A stretch of 64,000 nt of DNA, from positions 62,001-126,000 of the forward strand of contig MCFE01000002.1 of NCBI GenBank assembly GCA_002104905.1, read 5' to 3'. How positions within the stretch are numbered: position 1 is the stretch's first letter; each line of letters begins with the position of its first letter. Origin of the DNA: Basidiobolus meristosporus CBS 931.73. Its lineage: Eukaryota > Fungi > Basidiobolomycota. Below, piece by piece: positions 1-12,960 of this stretch. The notes beneath the pieces were generated by a model. The model was not told the origin of the DNA and made no database searches. It worked only from the letters and a program-made list of their open reading frames with translations. Both the position numbers and the translations under genes were made by a program.

Positions 1-761
1 TTGAGGAGTAAATTCGAAATTTACAACACTATCAACGACCCTTTAAGATGCAAATATAATATCTAAAATTTACATATTTCGTGAAGTAGGGTAGAATACT
101 ATCCAAAAAAGCACAAAACCCAAGATCGGAATTTCTATCATCTGGATACCTTGATTGATGTATAAAGTATGCTGTGAAAGGTCAAAGGGATCTTGTGGCC
201 AGCATCGAAAGCCCTACACCCGTTCAAAATTACCAGTAAAAATATCTACTATGAATAATTCCGCAGCAATATCTCATCAGAAACTAGGGCTATTTAAACA
301 TAATACTACCACATAATGTGTAGGCCCATATGTGCATTATTCCTGTGCAAAGTACGAAATGTGATGTGATGAGCGTTCGAAAATTTCTGTTTGTACGCGA
401 GATGGAATACCGCCGAAAAATCCATTTTGGAAGTAGTTTACTAAGCGGCCGATTCCAAGTCCATATTATGTTGATACATTTGAGAATACAGCGACAGCTT
501 AACTTGAACAAAGCATACATTTCTTGATTTTGTTGCTAATTTCTACCGGAATTTCCAAGTTGAAATGCCTGCAGCTGTATGCACCGATGTTCATACAAAT
601 GGGTCTATATAAAGGCTTGATTTATAGCAAAACATGTAAGTTCTCTTTTATTTGACCACTGGGGAAGGTGTGGGCATATCAACGGTATAAAAAATTGAAA
701 AACATGTGGTCAAGTGGTAGAACAAATAAATGGAGAATGGTCATTAATTGTTAAAAACCCA

Positions 762-2330
762 CTAGGCCTGGGCTGAGGACTCTTTGTCGTTTACTGATTC
801 GAACTTGCGTAAAATTCTATCAGCCTTCAAGGGCTCCTTTCTTCTGCCATAGCTTGGGAAAACTAAGGAAATGAGGAACCCAGAGACGGCAAGTCCAATA
901 CCAGAGAATCCTAGAGCCAGCAAGAAAGGGGGGAAATCGTAACCTTCAAAGAAAGTGAAATGCATACCATCCTTAACATTCCCTTTAACAATAGCACCGT
1001 AAACCATTACCGAAAAGAAACCAGTGGCACACCCAATAAGAACCGATGCGGTATTAACCATATGGCGGCCAGGTCCCTCCCAGAGCCCCATAAAGATGGG
1101 AAGAATAAAGCAGGTAGTTACCAGGTTCGAAAGTAGGAAGAGATCTATCACTTGGTATCCCTTGAGAGAGATGATTACGAGCGGTACATTCACCACGACC
1201 ACTAAAATTCTGGATAACCAGACTGGACGATTTTTCAAGAATACTGAAGAAATGCTGTCCACTAATGCGTTTTGCATACTATCCACTGCAGAAGAGTTCA
1301 TAACAACTGCGAGGATGGTAACTATGATGATAATCCATGCTGGGGCTTCTCCACCATGGCCAAGTAGTGTGAACAGGATCACGTTTGGATTGGATGTATC
1401 TAGACCAGCCCAAATCGCAAGGAAGCCACAGAAACCAAGGAAGAAGACCACTAGGATTGTGATGACCATAGCTACAACTGCTCCCTGCTTGAGGGATCGC
1501 GGATCTTCAGACGCCCAAACACGTTGCCACATAGCTTCCGAAAAGCAAGTACCTGCAAACAAAGAGATCGGCATAGTTGCGATTGCTCCCCAACCATAAT
1601 AGTTGGGAGCCAGATTTGGAGGTAACTCGCTTGGCAAAGGTAAACGGAACGTAACAGCTACGTAGACGATCATGATGGCGACAAAGACTAAACTTAAAAC
1701 TGCCTGCCCTTGGTCTGTGACAATAGAAACGTAGAGTCCACCGGTTGCTGTATAAATCATAGTCGTTACTCCAATGATGATGACGATTGGAATTCGCGTA
1801 GTCCCAATCACTGTCTCAAATAGATCGCCAATTGAGGTGTATTCAGCTATCAACGCAATCGCCATATTGAAGATCATCACAAGCGCGACAAAGTATTTCA
1901 ACGTTTCTCCAAAGCGCCAACGAACAAAATCGGAGAGTGACAACACATGAGGATAGCGAGACTGAATCTTGTTACCGAAGAAAGCTACAAGGAATATCGG
2001 GATTCCTGTAGCTACTGCATAGGCAACTAGCCCAACGATTCCGGCGTCCAAAGCATAGCTTGGTGGGCCGAATAAGGTCCTATAAAGTATCGCCATATTA
2101 GTTATGAAAGGAAAATTGCAAGTCAGAGCAAATTCTTACCAGGCACCAACAGCAGCTGCATAAAAACTCCAGGTTATCTTGGCCCGGTTAGAAGAATTTC
2201 TAGCGGTAAGGAAGAATTCTGTATCGCTATTGCGCTCTTGGGTTTTTTTACTAAGATACAACGCGAAGACACCAAAGGCAACACAAACAATAGTGCTTGT
2301 GGTATAAGCGGCAATTGTAAGAGAAGTCAT
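762..2330 (-). CDS. Sodium:solute symporter (SSS/SLC5) family transporter, 2 exons
   Basis: Exon 1 (2330-2140, includes EFFLTARNS...WSFYAAAVGAW) splices through a GTAAG...TAG intron (2139-2080) in frame to WTLFGPPSYA. The product has many hydrophobic segments and the SSS-type motifs LSDFVRWRFG and YTATGGLYVSIVTDQGQ. Confidence 0.85.
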
Positions 2331-3304
2331 TGTTCAAAAGAGAAGGGTAATAGTTTACTGGAATATGTGCTTCGCTTGGTTTTTTTTGCTAAGTTTCGAA
2401 GTAAAATAACGAGGAAACCAGGGTAAGGTCAAGCACACGAGAGTCCCTATACCCAAAAACCACTAAGTAGAATGAGGAAAATGCTCAGAAGAAGCCTACA
2501 ACCCAAGTGTCTTATATATTGAAATTCGGGTTTTTTTCCATCTCATATCATCATTATTGAATCCACACAAACAAGGGTCTGCTAATATAAGGACCTAATC
2601 TTTGAGCTGCTCATTCGCTCCACAGGTATCAAAATTTCCGTTTTTTAAAAACCATTAAGCTTAGTGATATTATCATATTATCCTTAATATGGATGTTATA
2701 CTAATTTGGATGTTGGCTTTCCATCTTTGTCCGATATTCAGATAAGGTCATAGAGGTTGAAATTGCACAAGTTTAACTCTTTTTCATCTATTTAAGATGA
2801 TATGATCAAGGCATGTATATTTTCTGTGTGCATATTTACAATTTGGTAGCTCGTTACTACTGTTCTGGCAGTTCTTTTCGAACTTATCCCAGTTAATGGA
2901 AGCATTAGGTCATATTTATGTCTACCACGGGATAAACACCAAACGACCCAAGATGTACGAAGTAACTACTCGTATATATGAACTTTTTATTCAATCACTA
3001 TCTAGCATTAAAATGAACCTATGATACTTATGTAACACCTAAGCTTGGACTTTTTTATATTTCAACCATCTGAATTTGGATTCTCTAATTATACACTAGT
3101 AGCTCGTAGTTTAGGTGATTGGATGCAGGTAAGTCCAGAGAAATCGATTACTATTATTTACAACATTCATTGATTCATGATTCAAGTCATGTTAGATTTT
3201 ATATAGCTTACTTTAATCGATAGAGTGAAGAATTGAAATGCCCAAGGATTGAATAGATTCCAAGTGGTAATGAGTCAGAGGATTTAGTTGATTCAATAGG
3301 TCAA

Positions 3305-4251
3305 TTATTTCACAAATTGAATGTCAGAGACTTTCAAGGATCTTGTGGCTCTCCAGTAGTCTATACAGTTACCTGACCATAGGGCAGTGATCTGAAATTC
3401 AATGATTAGACTATGATAAACCAACTTATTGTATGTTAGTAAGCTACTCACGACTCCATCACTGTTTTTGTACCAACTACGACAGCCTGTAGCCCACACA
3501 CTGTGGCTCAATTCTTTCTGAACCTTCGAGTCGAATTGTTCCTGGGCGGATTTCTTCACCTCCGCAGACCTGCAGTTGCGCTTCATCATTTCAGATACCA
3601 TCTTTACGGTATAGTTTGCCTACAGTTGCCGTTATTAGGGTTGGTTATAGGGCGTACATTTGAGAAAGACTCTACTTGCCTGACATTCAATCATGAAAAG
3701 GACCGAGTTATGTCCTAGAAATTACCAGTGTTGGAGTAATGTCCATGGTGAATTAAAGAGATTGAAATTTACCTAGTCCAGTGTTTGGCCCAAGTAGCAT
3801 AAACATATTAGGGAATTCAGCAGTCATAATACCAAGGTATGATTTTGGCGCCGACTGCCATACCTCACTGATTTCGTTACCTTCCTTTCCGTACACTTTC
3901 AATGGAGCAAGGAAATCCTGGACCCTAAATCCAGTGGCAAGAATCATTGCATCTACCGTCTGCTTATTAGATTCAGTGAGGATGCTTTGTCCCTCAATAC
4001 CAGTAATTGGGGAGGTTTCAATATGAACGTGGGGTTGATTTAGCGCCGGGAAATAGTCATCCGAAACTACGACACGTTTGCAGCCCATCGCATAATGGGG
4101 AGTGAGTAGAGACCGTTTGTTCAAATCGGTCACTTGATTTTTCAAATGCAATAGCCCCCAGCGCGCTCCCATACGTGATATCCAGGTTCCAGGTTGGGTA
4201 ATGCCAAACAGCATTTCAAGCTAAAAATGCATACAATTAGTACCCGATACT

Positions 4252-4282
<31 letters not shown>

Positions 4283-5278
4283 TTCCACTTACACTCAAAA
4301 ATAAGAACCAACGATACACTCGTCGTACAAATGGAACATATCGGAAAATCCATCTAACCACTCCATTATATCTGTAGTTGTTACGTGGAATGATCCAAGT
4401 AGGTGTTCTCTGATAGACATATAAATTTTTTACTTTGTTGACGATCTCTGGGATGATCTGAATGGCGCTATATGATAAAATTTTGAAAATATTAAATTAT
4501 ATCTGCATATGAAAATATGTTAATTCCGACTAACCTAGCGCCGTTACCAATTATAGCAACATCTTTTCCCTCAACATCGAACTCGGAGTCCCACTGGGCA
4601 GAATGAATATATGGGCCTTTAAAATTCGTGAATGTTTCTGGGATGGCTGGAGTACGGAGCACTCCCACTCCACTGACTCTATGTTCAACAAAGCGTTCAC
4701 TACTCCTATTCTTACAAGTAGAAATTTAAGAAATAACGTACATGATGTTGGCGGATACTTCCCTCTCGTCACCGTCGCGTTCCTGAATCTTTATTCTCCA
4801 TAATTGGGCTTCTTTATCCCAGGAAGCGGACTTAACATTTGTGCGTAGCTTGGTGTATTGATAAAGATTATATTTTTTCGCCACTTTTCTACAATAGTTT
4901 AAAATCTCGGGTCCTTGTGAGAACTTCTCACTCCAATCTATTTCATTTCAGTTTACCACAAAAGCAGGCGTGTGAAGGTTATTATACTTATTTACCGGGA
5001 TTGGGTTCGAATGAGAAAGAATACACATGCGAAGGTACATCACAGGCACAGCCGGGATATTTGTTCGCAAGCCACGTTCCCCCAAGGTCGTCCCCCGATT
5101 CGTAGATAGTGAAGGAGTCTAAACCGAGAGTGCGCTTCAATTGTATAGCAATGCACATGCCCGAAACTCTATATGCTATGTTAAAAATAGACTGGTAAAA
5201 TCAAAGAAAAGTCAAATACCCTCCGCCGAGGATAGCAATTTGCGGTGTAGTTCCGTCGGAGTATTTTTTGGTAGGCAT
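3305..5278 (-). CDS. Type I Baeyer-Villiger / flavin-containing monooxygenase, multi-exon
   Basis: Spliced translation gives the FAD Rossmann motif IAILGGG..SG, GGTWLANKYPGCACDVPSHVYSFSF, the BVMO fingerprint FKGPYIHSAQWD (FxGxxxHxxxWD), the NADPH motif VAIIGNGAS, MGCKRV, ILATGF, FPNMFMLLGPNTGLG, and a C-terminal CRSWYKN...ALWSG. Confidence 0.92.
4252..4278. repeat. (TA)n microsatellite inside a BVMO intron
   Basis: Uninterrupted TA run of about 27 bp. Confidence 0.95.
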
Positions 5279-5420
5279 AACTCAAGTCGAAGTTATAGAG
5301 AGTCAACCTTACTGCCTACCTCACGCATCGCTTTTATGCTCAGTCGTGAGCCAATAGCAGGGTAAAGCTTAAATTCACATTGTCAAGGAAAATTGGAAAA
5401 ATCCAAAAATTCCGCTTGTC

Positions 5421-5445
5421 ATATATATACATATATATATATATA
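5421..5445. repeat. Interrupted (AT)n microsatellite between the divergent BVMO and cyclin genes
   Basis: atatatatacatatatatatatata. Confidence 0.9.
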
Positions 5446-5827
5446 AGATTGACATGGTGATAGTGACCGATGGTGACCAGTTTGGAATACCATACTGATT
5501 GGACAGCAGATACCTGAAACCTTGGTGATCCTTGAGAATTTTCCTAGTCAACCGTTGAGTATATTGGAATTCTAATTTTAAAGATTTTGATTACCCTTCA
5601 AATCAAAATCATCTTGAATTGTCAACAATGGGGAGTTCATAGAGAACATGGATATTTGGTAAATAAGCACAGCACTCGACTGGTTTATTTTTGTCAGCCG
5701 AGGATAATTGGTACATACTGCCTACACTTCACCTATCAAATGACTCTAGTGATGGGTGTTTTTACTACAAATACCGTTGCTAGGGCATTTCTTTCACATC
5801 CGTGTTTGCTTTATATCCTTTCTCTCA

Positions 5828-6541
5828 ATGTCAAGAAATCTCACACGTAGTATGCCACCTGTTTGTCCATCCCTCGGGTTTTCTGACAAAATCAAAGCGT
5901 TTTGCTACATGATTTCCAAACCCTTTCAAAGAACAAGACTTTACCATAGAAATAAACACGTGGAATCATTTGTTGGTAAGTGGAACATGCCAGCCCAGGT
6001 AAAGGGATCATCTCAATTTAACAAGTCAAATATAGATCTTGCCGAGAAGTTGATATGCGTTCTTTTCTTCTATCCGAGTGGATTTCCAGCTAGACAACGC
6101 CAGGAGTTTCGTGCACTAACATCAGATGTACTATTTAGAGCGCGTATCTCGCCCAATGTATTTTTTCTGGCATTATTCTACCTGAACCGCTTTAAACAAT
6201 TGAAACCGTTGAGGTGCTTATCTTATGTTAATATAGATCCTTATCGACAAGGGTTTCTGGCGCGTAACTACTTTCTTGGAGCTTTAGCCTTGGCCGAAAA
6301 GGTTCTTAATGACAGCCCGCCAAAAAATATAGAATGGGCCAGGTTAGCAAGCATTACCATATGGGAAGTGAATCGCCGCGAAAAGGAATTGTTGGAGGTG
6401 TTTAGGTACGAGCTAGTGGTTACTCCTAAAATGTTAATAGAGTTCGCCAATATTCTTCGCGAAGCCAGAGACCCATTTCAACAGAATCTTTTAAGCAAAC
6501 TAAGGCCAAAGATTATCGCCATACTCTCCAAACCATGCTGA
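5828..6541 (+). CDS. Pho80/Pcl/Clg1-type cyclin (cyclin N-box), single exon
   Basis: Cyclin-box pattern DVLFRARISPNVFFLALFYLNRF...YFLGALALAEKVLNDSPPKNIEWARL...VNRREKELLEVFRYELVV. The first ATG is at 5828; the ORF track opens at 5756 on a non-ATG codon. Confidence 0.8.
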   Translation: MSRNLTRSMPPVCPSLGFSDKIKAFCYMISKPFQRTRLYHRNKHVESFVGKWNMPAQVKGSSQFNKSNIDLAEKLICVLFFYPSGFPARQRQEFRALTSDVLFRARISPNVFFLALFYLNRFKQLKPLRCLSYVNIDPYRQGFLARNYFLGALALAEKVLNDSPPKNIEWARLASITIWEVNRREKELLEVFRYELVVTPKMLIEFANILREARDPFQQNLLSKLRPKIIAILSKPC

Positions 6542-6881
6542 AAGTCGCATCTGCACTACGCTTACCAAGCATCCAATAGCGTGATACAGATTCAGCTGAA
6601 ACCTAGAGACCTGAAATATGCACTGATGTTGTTACTCTTTCAATTCTCATGTTAAGATCACTACTTTATTTAGTAAATACAACCAACATGGCCGTGCTGT
6701 ACTATCGTTTAGTTCGACTCAAATAATATTATTTCTCGAAATTACTAATCATACTTTTAGTTGGTTACATTACTATCATTCCGGAAATATCGACCTTCCG
6801 ATATTTATTTTTGGCTAGTGTAATGTGCTAATAGAATGCCCTCATCGAAAAACGCTATGAAAGACTGCATATCTGCATACC

Positions 6882-8322
6882 TTAAGGATTGTAAACCAAA
6901 AACTCAACACCACGTTGATTTAACTTTTCAATCAGATTGGTTTTTGCAAACGCTGCAGCTGGAGTAAGAACACCAGAGGGAATAATGCCTTTCTCTTTAC
7001 TTTCTAGCAACACCAGAGCACTTTGGACGACACATATAGGGGTGGCGTGATAGCCAGGTTCACCTCCTTGAACTCTGGTGGTAAGCTCAACGTCTGGTTG
7101 CTTGTACTTGAGCTGATCGACTTCAATGTCAGCATGTTGCGACTTGCTGTATCCTTTGGCATAAAAAGTTGAGGAGAATTTTGCCTCTTCAATTTGTTTG
7201 ACAGTAGGTCCCTCGTGACTGAACGCTCCGTAAGTGAACAATTTGGGGTGTGCCAGCAAAAGATTTCTTCCCCATTCGTAGTTGGCAAGGAATCCGAGGA
7301 CCATGAGGAGAAGGTATAGAAGTATCACATAATGAAGGCAAAACAGGTCAATTACTATGTATGCTGAGAATTGAACAGGTGGGGTCTGTCCAACGTCTTC
7401 TTCCAGAATGGTGATTTGTTGCGTTGCACGTACAATTGATGGGTCTGCAAAGAAAAATGGGAATGTCCACGCATTGACACGAGAATCGTAGCGGGGTCTG
7501 GAGCTAAACCGGAGTTTGGGGCCGACTACAGGAACTCTAGGGCGCTTCATTTGTTTGCGAAGCTCACGAAGTGATTGGACGCTACTGATACCATAAACTA
7601 TGTAACAAACATAAGAATCAAGCTTGCCACATGGAGAATTTGGCAGTATATCTTACCAAGACTCTCGTAAGTAGCATAGTGAGCAGCTGCGCCACTAGGA
7701 CCAGGATACAAGCGGAAATACATTTCGACACTTGAAGGTATAATCTCGCGCTTATCTAATTCCTGCTTAGTAAACAGTACGCCGAGGTCTGCGGGAATCT
7801 AAAGGGATTAATTAGTACCGATCGCCACACCAAACCGTGGAATATAAAAGAAGCGCATACACTATCAAAACCACAAGCATGAACAATAGTAACTCCATTG
7901 CGTTTAGCGTCTTCGTGGTGAAGTGCCATCATACGTTCAACATATTCAGGCTCACCTGTGATATCAACGTAATCACATTTCTTTGCAATACAGGCTTTAA
8001 CTACCTGCTCACCAAATTTTCTGAAAGGTCCTACGCAATCGATAAGCACTTTACCACGGCTACACATCTCTTCTAAGGAAGAAGAGTCATTGACATTAGC
8101 TATTATCACATGGGGCGTGTGCTCAGTGGAGTGATCCATGGCAGTCTTCTGGGTGCTTACTCGGACAAAATCTGCGATTTTGTTGAGGCCTTCTTCAGAA
8201 CGCCCAGCGATCGCCCAAGTGAACTTGGACTTTAAACTGAGTTGAGAAAGCTCCTCAACAACGAACTTGCCGGTGAACCCAGTAGCTCCAAAAACGATAA
8301 TATCATACGGTCTCTCAGACAT
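6882..8322 (-). CDS. SCCPDH: Saccharopine dehydrogenase-like oxidoreductase, multi-exon
   Basis: N-terminal YDIIVFGATGFTGKFV, DCVGPFRKFGEQVVKAC, YVDITGE, spliced CGFDS|IPADLG, HYATYESL, and C-terminal PGYHATPICVVQSAL...GVLTPAAAF. Confidence 0.9.
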
Positions 8323-8863
8323 ATTCCAGTAAGCTTACTAAGATATGAGATGGTAGAATGTAGTAGGCTAATAAAGGTGACAGTGCTCTAGGTATCTCTT
8401 TTTGAATCCTCAGGGCTGATGGCGTAGGCATTTGAAATTGGTAAGACATAGTCTTTTGATCAGCAATGTTAGTAAATGCCAACGAACCTACCTCAAACCT
8501 CCTCTATTTGCATGTGAAATCCATAGATTAAATTATGGATATTCAAGAGTGAGTCCGAATTAGAGCCTGCAATCAGATTTGCAATTTAAATAGACACATT
8601 GCCATGCACCTGATAATCTAGAGCTACCTGCTCAAACCAAAGTCTCAGAGCATGTGATGTCCTGTATTCTCGAAAGCAGTGACCATAGTGTTGACTTCGA
8701 AAAATCTCTTTAATTTTTTGAATGCATAATATTGATGATCAAGTATGTCTTGATTCTTTGAAAACCATCTGCCAAAAATCATGTTGATATGCATAGGATG
8801 TTGGGACAAAAAATAATTGATTGTTGAGATAAAGGCTAACAATGGGTGAAAGATGATGTGAAC

Positions 8864-10760
8864 CTAACGGTTTGCATGACGCTCTCTACGGTTGTCATAC
8901 AATTGTTGGATCATTGGGGCTATACGCTTGGCCTCCTCTATTTGGGTTGTTGCAAATGGCGGATGATCACCGATGTGGCTGAATACATCCCACGTAAGCC
9001 TACGATTTGCCCTTAGTAGATGGAATCTGCGGGTATATTGCTTCTCCTTCCAGTATCTGTGGAAGGCTCCCAGCAAGCCTTGACATACTTCCTGTCCAAC
9101 GATGTAAACAGGTTTCCTGTGTTTCTGATTAGTAAACGAAATAAAAAGGCCACATGGTAAGCAGCATAAATTTACCCGGTACCAATGGCTTCACATGTCA
9201 TTGTCATGGAATCACCAGTGACTAATAAGTGAGTAGCAGTTGCTAATATCCCGTTATATACGTCTTTATCTTTGCCGTCCCAACGTTGGATGGGCTTATT
9301 TTCTTGCTGCAATCTGTTGAAGAATAGATCAGTGATCAGTCAAACCCTCACCTGATATTTAGAATACGAACTTTGCTACTACAGGTTCTATTGCTTCTCG
9401 AAACTGAAAGGCATTTATAGTCAGTCTTGGGATATCGATTGAAGGATGCCGGAGTACTTACGTAAGTCGGAGTATCGGGAGTGTAAGTCAGCAGTACACG
9501 AGTATTGAAATCACTCACTAAGCGCTAGAAGTCCCATACTGACTTAATAATTATGCTTTAAAATGGTACCACTCCCTAGATGCACAAATACCTCAACATC
9601 TCTAGCAAATGCCTTTGCCTCCTCTTGATAAAACCTAAATGACGTATTTTTTCCTCCAATTAAGATGCCGACAACAGGGGACTCTGACTTTTGGTCCAAG
9701 AAGATTGGATCAAAGATATTTTTGGCTAGTTGAGATGCTTCTTTCAAAAAATCTGGGGTTATTCTATTGAGAATACCCTGCGTAGATGGTGCCTGTCAAT
9801 AACCAGAGCTCTCAGGGTAATTATTAGATTTAATCAATCTTACCTGAGTGATAATGCAGTTCTTTTGAAACGAAACAGTCAAGCCTTTACGGGCTACAAC
9901 ATTGTCAATATTTGGCAGATAAAGATGCATGATGAATAGCACTTACTGAGTTTAACATATTCATGGTTGGGAAGCACGACGGCGTCGAAGAATCCAAATG
10001 CCAGCTTGGGGTTGCCAGTGAAAACTATTTAGTAGGAAATGTAAGAAAAGGTTAAGTCTCACTAATTATGATACTCATACCGGAGACAGTCTGATGTTGG
10101 CTTGCCTTCGAGACCTCGAGACAAGCGGCTATTGTTTGTGCACCGCTTCCAATGACATATTTTGGAAGAGGCGGGGAAAGTGGGGCTGATTCGGGAGAAT
10201 CGAGAAAGAAGGCAAAACGACCGGAGTTGTTTACTAGCACACAAACGTTATGAGAGTATAGGATAAGTATGATTCAAGTGTTCAACTGAGCATTATGGGA
10301 ACGTACTTGATTTGGGAGCGCTTCCAAAACTGAAATCTAGCACAACAAACAATAAGACAACTGTAAAGAAAGCAAGAAATACAACACAAAAAATATACTA
10401 ACTGTTACGAGTGCCCATGTAACGCAAGTCGATCAGCCACTTTTGAAGATTCAGCGGAAGCCAATTGAAAGCTAGAAAAGATAATAGCTTTAATATTACG
10501 CACTCTCCGCAAGTGAATAACTTATAACTCATACATTTCTTCGGGACAATACGTTTTATTTCGAACGGTAGGCCTAATGCTTCAGCTAGGGCAATTGAGG
10601 AATTTTCATTTTTGGGTATTCCATCGCCAATAATCCAGATTTCCGGAGCTTTGGTTTTTGTGTTTTTCAAGGTATAAAAACGAATCTTCCCGAGGCCCTG
10701 ATAAGCCGGAGTACTGAGTAGTAATCTGGACCGACCTTGAGCAACAAGGTGAGGTATCAT
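8864..10760 (-). CDS. ELM1: Mitochondrial fission ELM1-family protein, multi-exon
   Basis: Spliced motifs: IWIIGDGIPKNENSSIALAEALG; YVIGSG; FDAVVLPNHE; VGILIGG; WDGKDKDVYNGILATATHLLVTGDSMTMTCEAIGTG|KPVYIVG; FHRY. The N-terminus is R/L-rich with no acidic residues, resembling a mitochondrial presequence. Confidence 0.85.
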
Positions 10761-11199
10761 ATTGGTGTCTTTAGACAGGAGTTAGGTAAACCTACTGTCC
10801 CAGAAAAACTCTTCTGGCTTCCAATCTAATATCTCGACCCAAAAACCACAAAAATTTGATAGCAGTCAATTAATTATGAAATTGAAGTGGCTTAACCACA
10901 ATCATTCAACATAAATTTTGGATATATGGAATAGATCGTTGTTTGAATTGTTAACACTAGTTGGTTTTAAATATCGTAGTATTGTTTTCAAATTTCTCAA
11001 AATATCTCGACCAAATGGCATGATACAGCTGGTAAAGGCTGTTGGTTAAAGAATTCCATTGGACAACTTGATATAGAGCTATAAACCTTGTCCCAAATAA
11101 CCCTACTCTATCCTTAGCAAAAAGTTTGTGTAAAAAAATAGCGAATATTTCAAAAAGCCATATATGACATTCAGAGACATTTAATTAACAACCTATTGT

Positions 11200-12210
11200 A
11201 ATGCCTGGTAATTGATATGGGGATAGGAAAATAGGTGTAACACCAGTGAAATAAAAATAAGCTGTATTGCATAAGGGTTTTCTCTTGAGATGCACATCTA
11301 ATGAGCAAACTAAAGTCAAAGAATAGCACCTGGAAAACTGAAATATTATACGGATTGATAGATGAGACATTTATCGAATAAACGATGATAATTATCAAGT
11401 AGAGATTCAACCAGACCACCTGGTCCGAACAAAGCACGACTGTTTTAACCGGACGAGTGTCTTTCTTTTTTTGATTTCGTGCCATATCTTGAAAAGCTGG
11501 TACCTGAATATTTGATATCTAAAATTATTTTGATAAACCATTGACCTTTCCTTATGGTAGAATAGCACAACGTGAATTACGATGTGATCTTGGACCCGGT
11601 GACCAGGATTACGATGACTTTTTCACAAAACTCCCTGATATCTATTAAAGTCAACAGTAATGATACCTCGGGAAACATCGAACCTGTAGCTACTACTACC
11701 TCTGAGAGAATTTTTAGGCAAGCATTATTGACTCCTGCACAAGTGGATGACTTTACCTCTTTGGAAGCATTGGATTATTTACTGTTCTTCCTCCCTCTGG
11801 ATCACTTTCGCATAGTCGCCTATGCAAGGAGCATTGGCCCCTGGACTGCCATTACGTTTGGCGAGTACATTTCTTTGTGTGTCCAATAATTAGCAGTACA
11901 GTTATCAGAGAAAAAAGCCAATTGGAAATAAGGGTCGTCTAATTTTCTTAATTTACATCGACTTGACGCAATATATTGTATAAATGATTTAAGGATGTGA
12001 TGAGAATACACATCCTCGCAATTCCTTCTGTCAGATTAGATTGACTATTGAAACTTTTAACAAACACATCAAGACTTCTTTATGAACTGTTAAGAGTTTA
12101 ACCATCAGTGGTTAGGTACTGGCATGCCCAATGCCAAAAAATTCTTAAGAAAGCCACATCCCATCGCAAGGAGTTCAGGCCTCTGGTAGTTGACATAAGA
12201 TTGTGCAGTG
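11200..12210 (-). mobile_element. Highly degenerate Ty3/gypsy pol relic (RNase H to integrase C-terminus)
   Basis: Stop-ridden minus-strand frames give NYQRPELLAMGCGFLKNFLALG (resembles RNase H ExELLAI...F..YL.G), NYWTHKEMY (resembles the H2C2 YWP.M), and QDMARNQKKKDTRP...SDQVVWLN (resembles the integrase GDxVWL tail), in gypsy order. Confidence 0.35.
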
Positions 12211-12369
12211 AGAATGATATAAGACAAGGTATCTGCTGTTGTTTTAAAAGCAGTATACTATCATGAAGGGAATACTTTTTTATTCAGCACATTTCATACT
12301 CTGGTGACATCAAAGGAGATCAATAGGTTTTAATACAAGAGGTAATCTCGGTTGCAGATTTTGTATTTA

Positions 12370-12760
12370 CACCAATATATTCCATTAACTTGGTCACTTG
12401 GATCATAGCCTATGAGTATATCTTGCACAAATTCTCTATCAGGATATACTTCAGATATTTTACCAAAATATCAGGCACCCAGGATATGAAGATTCAGTAT
12501 TTATGCGGAGGTCCCAAAACTTTCCACATATGTTCTCGGAATCTTTTTAAACTTTTGTACGTGCTTTTTTTTGACAGGCCATGTAAAAGAATAAATATCA
12601 CTTTTACATTGAACAAATCATCAAGTGAAACCCCCATAATCTATTGTTTCTGGATACTCCGAAACTCTTACAACATACATTAATTTATTCACCTAGATGC
12701 TAGTCTTTAAACTGTAATATTTCCTGACCAAATTCTCGGTCAGGAAAATTCACACTCAAG
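12370..12760 (+). repeat. Dispersed AT-rich repeat family, copy 1
   Basis: Shares blocks with the 20340-20720 copy, e.g. ttttaccaaaatatcagg...ggccatgtaaaagaataaatatcacttttacattgaacaaatcatcaagtgaaa...actcttacaac. Confidence 0.85.
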
Positions 12761-12779
12761 TGACAGATGCCACGAGTAG

Positions 12780-12960
12780 GATATTTCCCAAAGTTGCTCA
12801 AAGGACTCCAATCTTTGTACACATGCACTTGGGATTTTTATACATATCCTTTGTTTGTTTATTAAGACGCTATGAAAGTATGAACACTACTGCTACGCTC
12901 AACAATATAGTAGCTCTTCATATTGCTTTGAATATTTCCAAAATACTCTCACAAGTCTCT
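12780..12960 (+). repeat. Dispersed AT-rich repeat family, partial tandem copy 2
   Basis: ctttgtacacatgcacttggga...taagacgctatgaaagtatgaacactact aligns to the family core. Confidence 0.7.

Noticed and set aside
440-620. FLPEFPS as a Tc1/mariner DDE remnant
   Set aside because: One short motif only; no TIRs or other catalytic motifs.
1024-1599. 191-aa plus-strand ORF (and similar ORFs at 30204-30635, 41472-41861, 52895-53209, 57696-58004)
   Set aside because: These are antisense shadows of well-supported genes on the opposite strand and carry no motifs.
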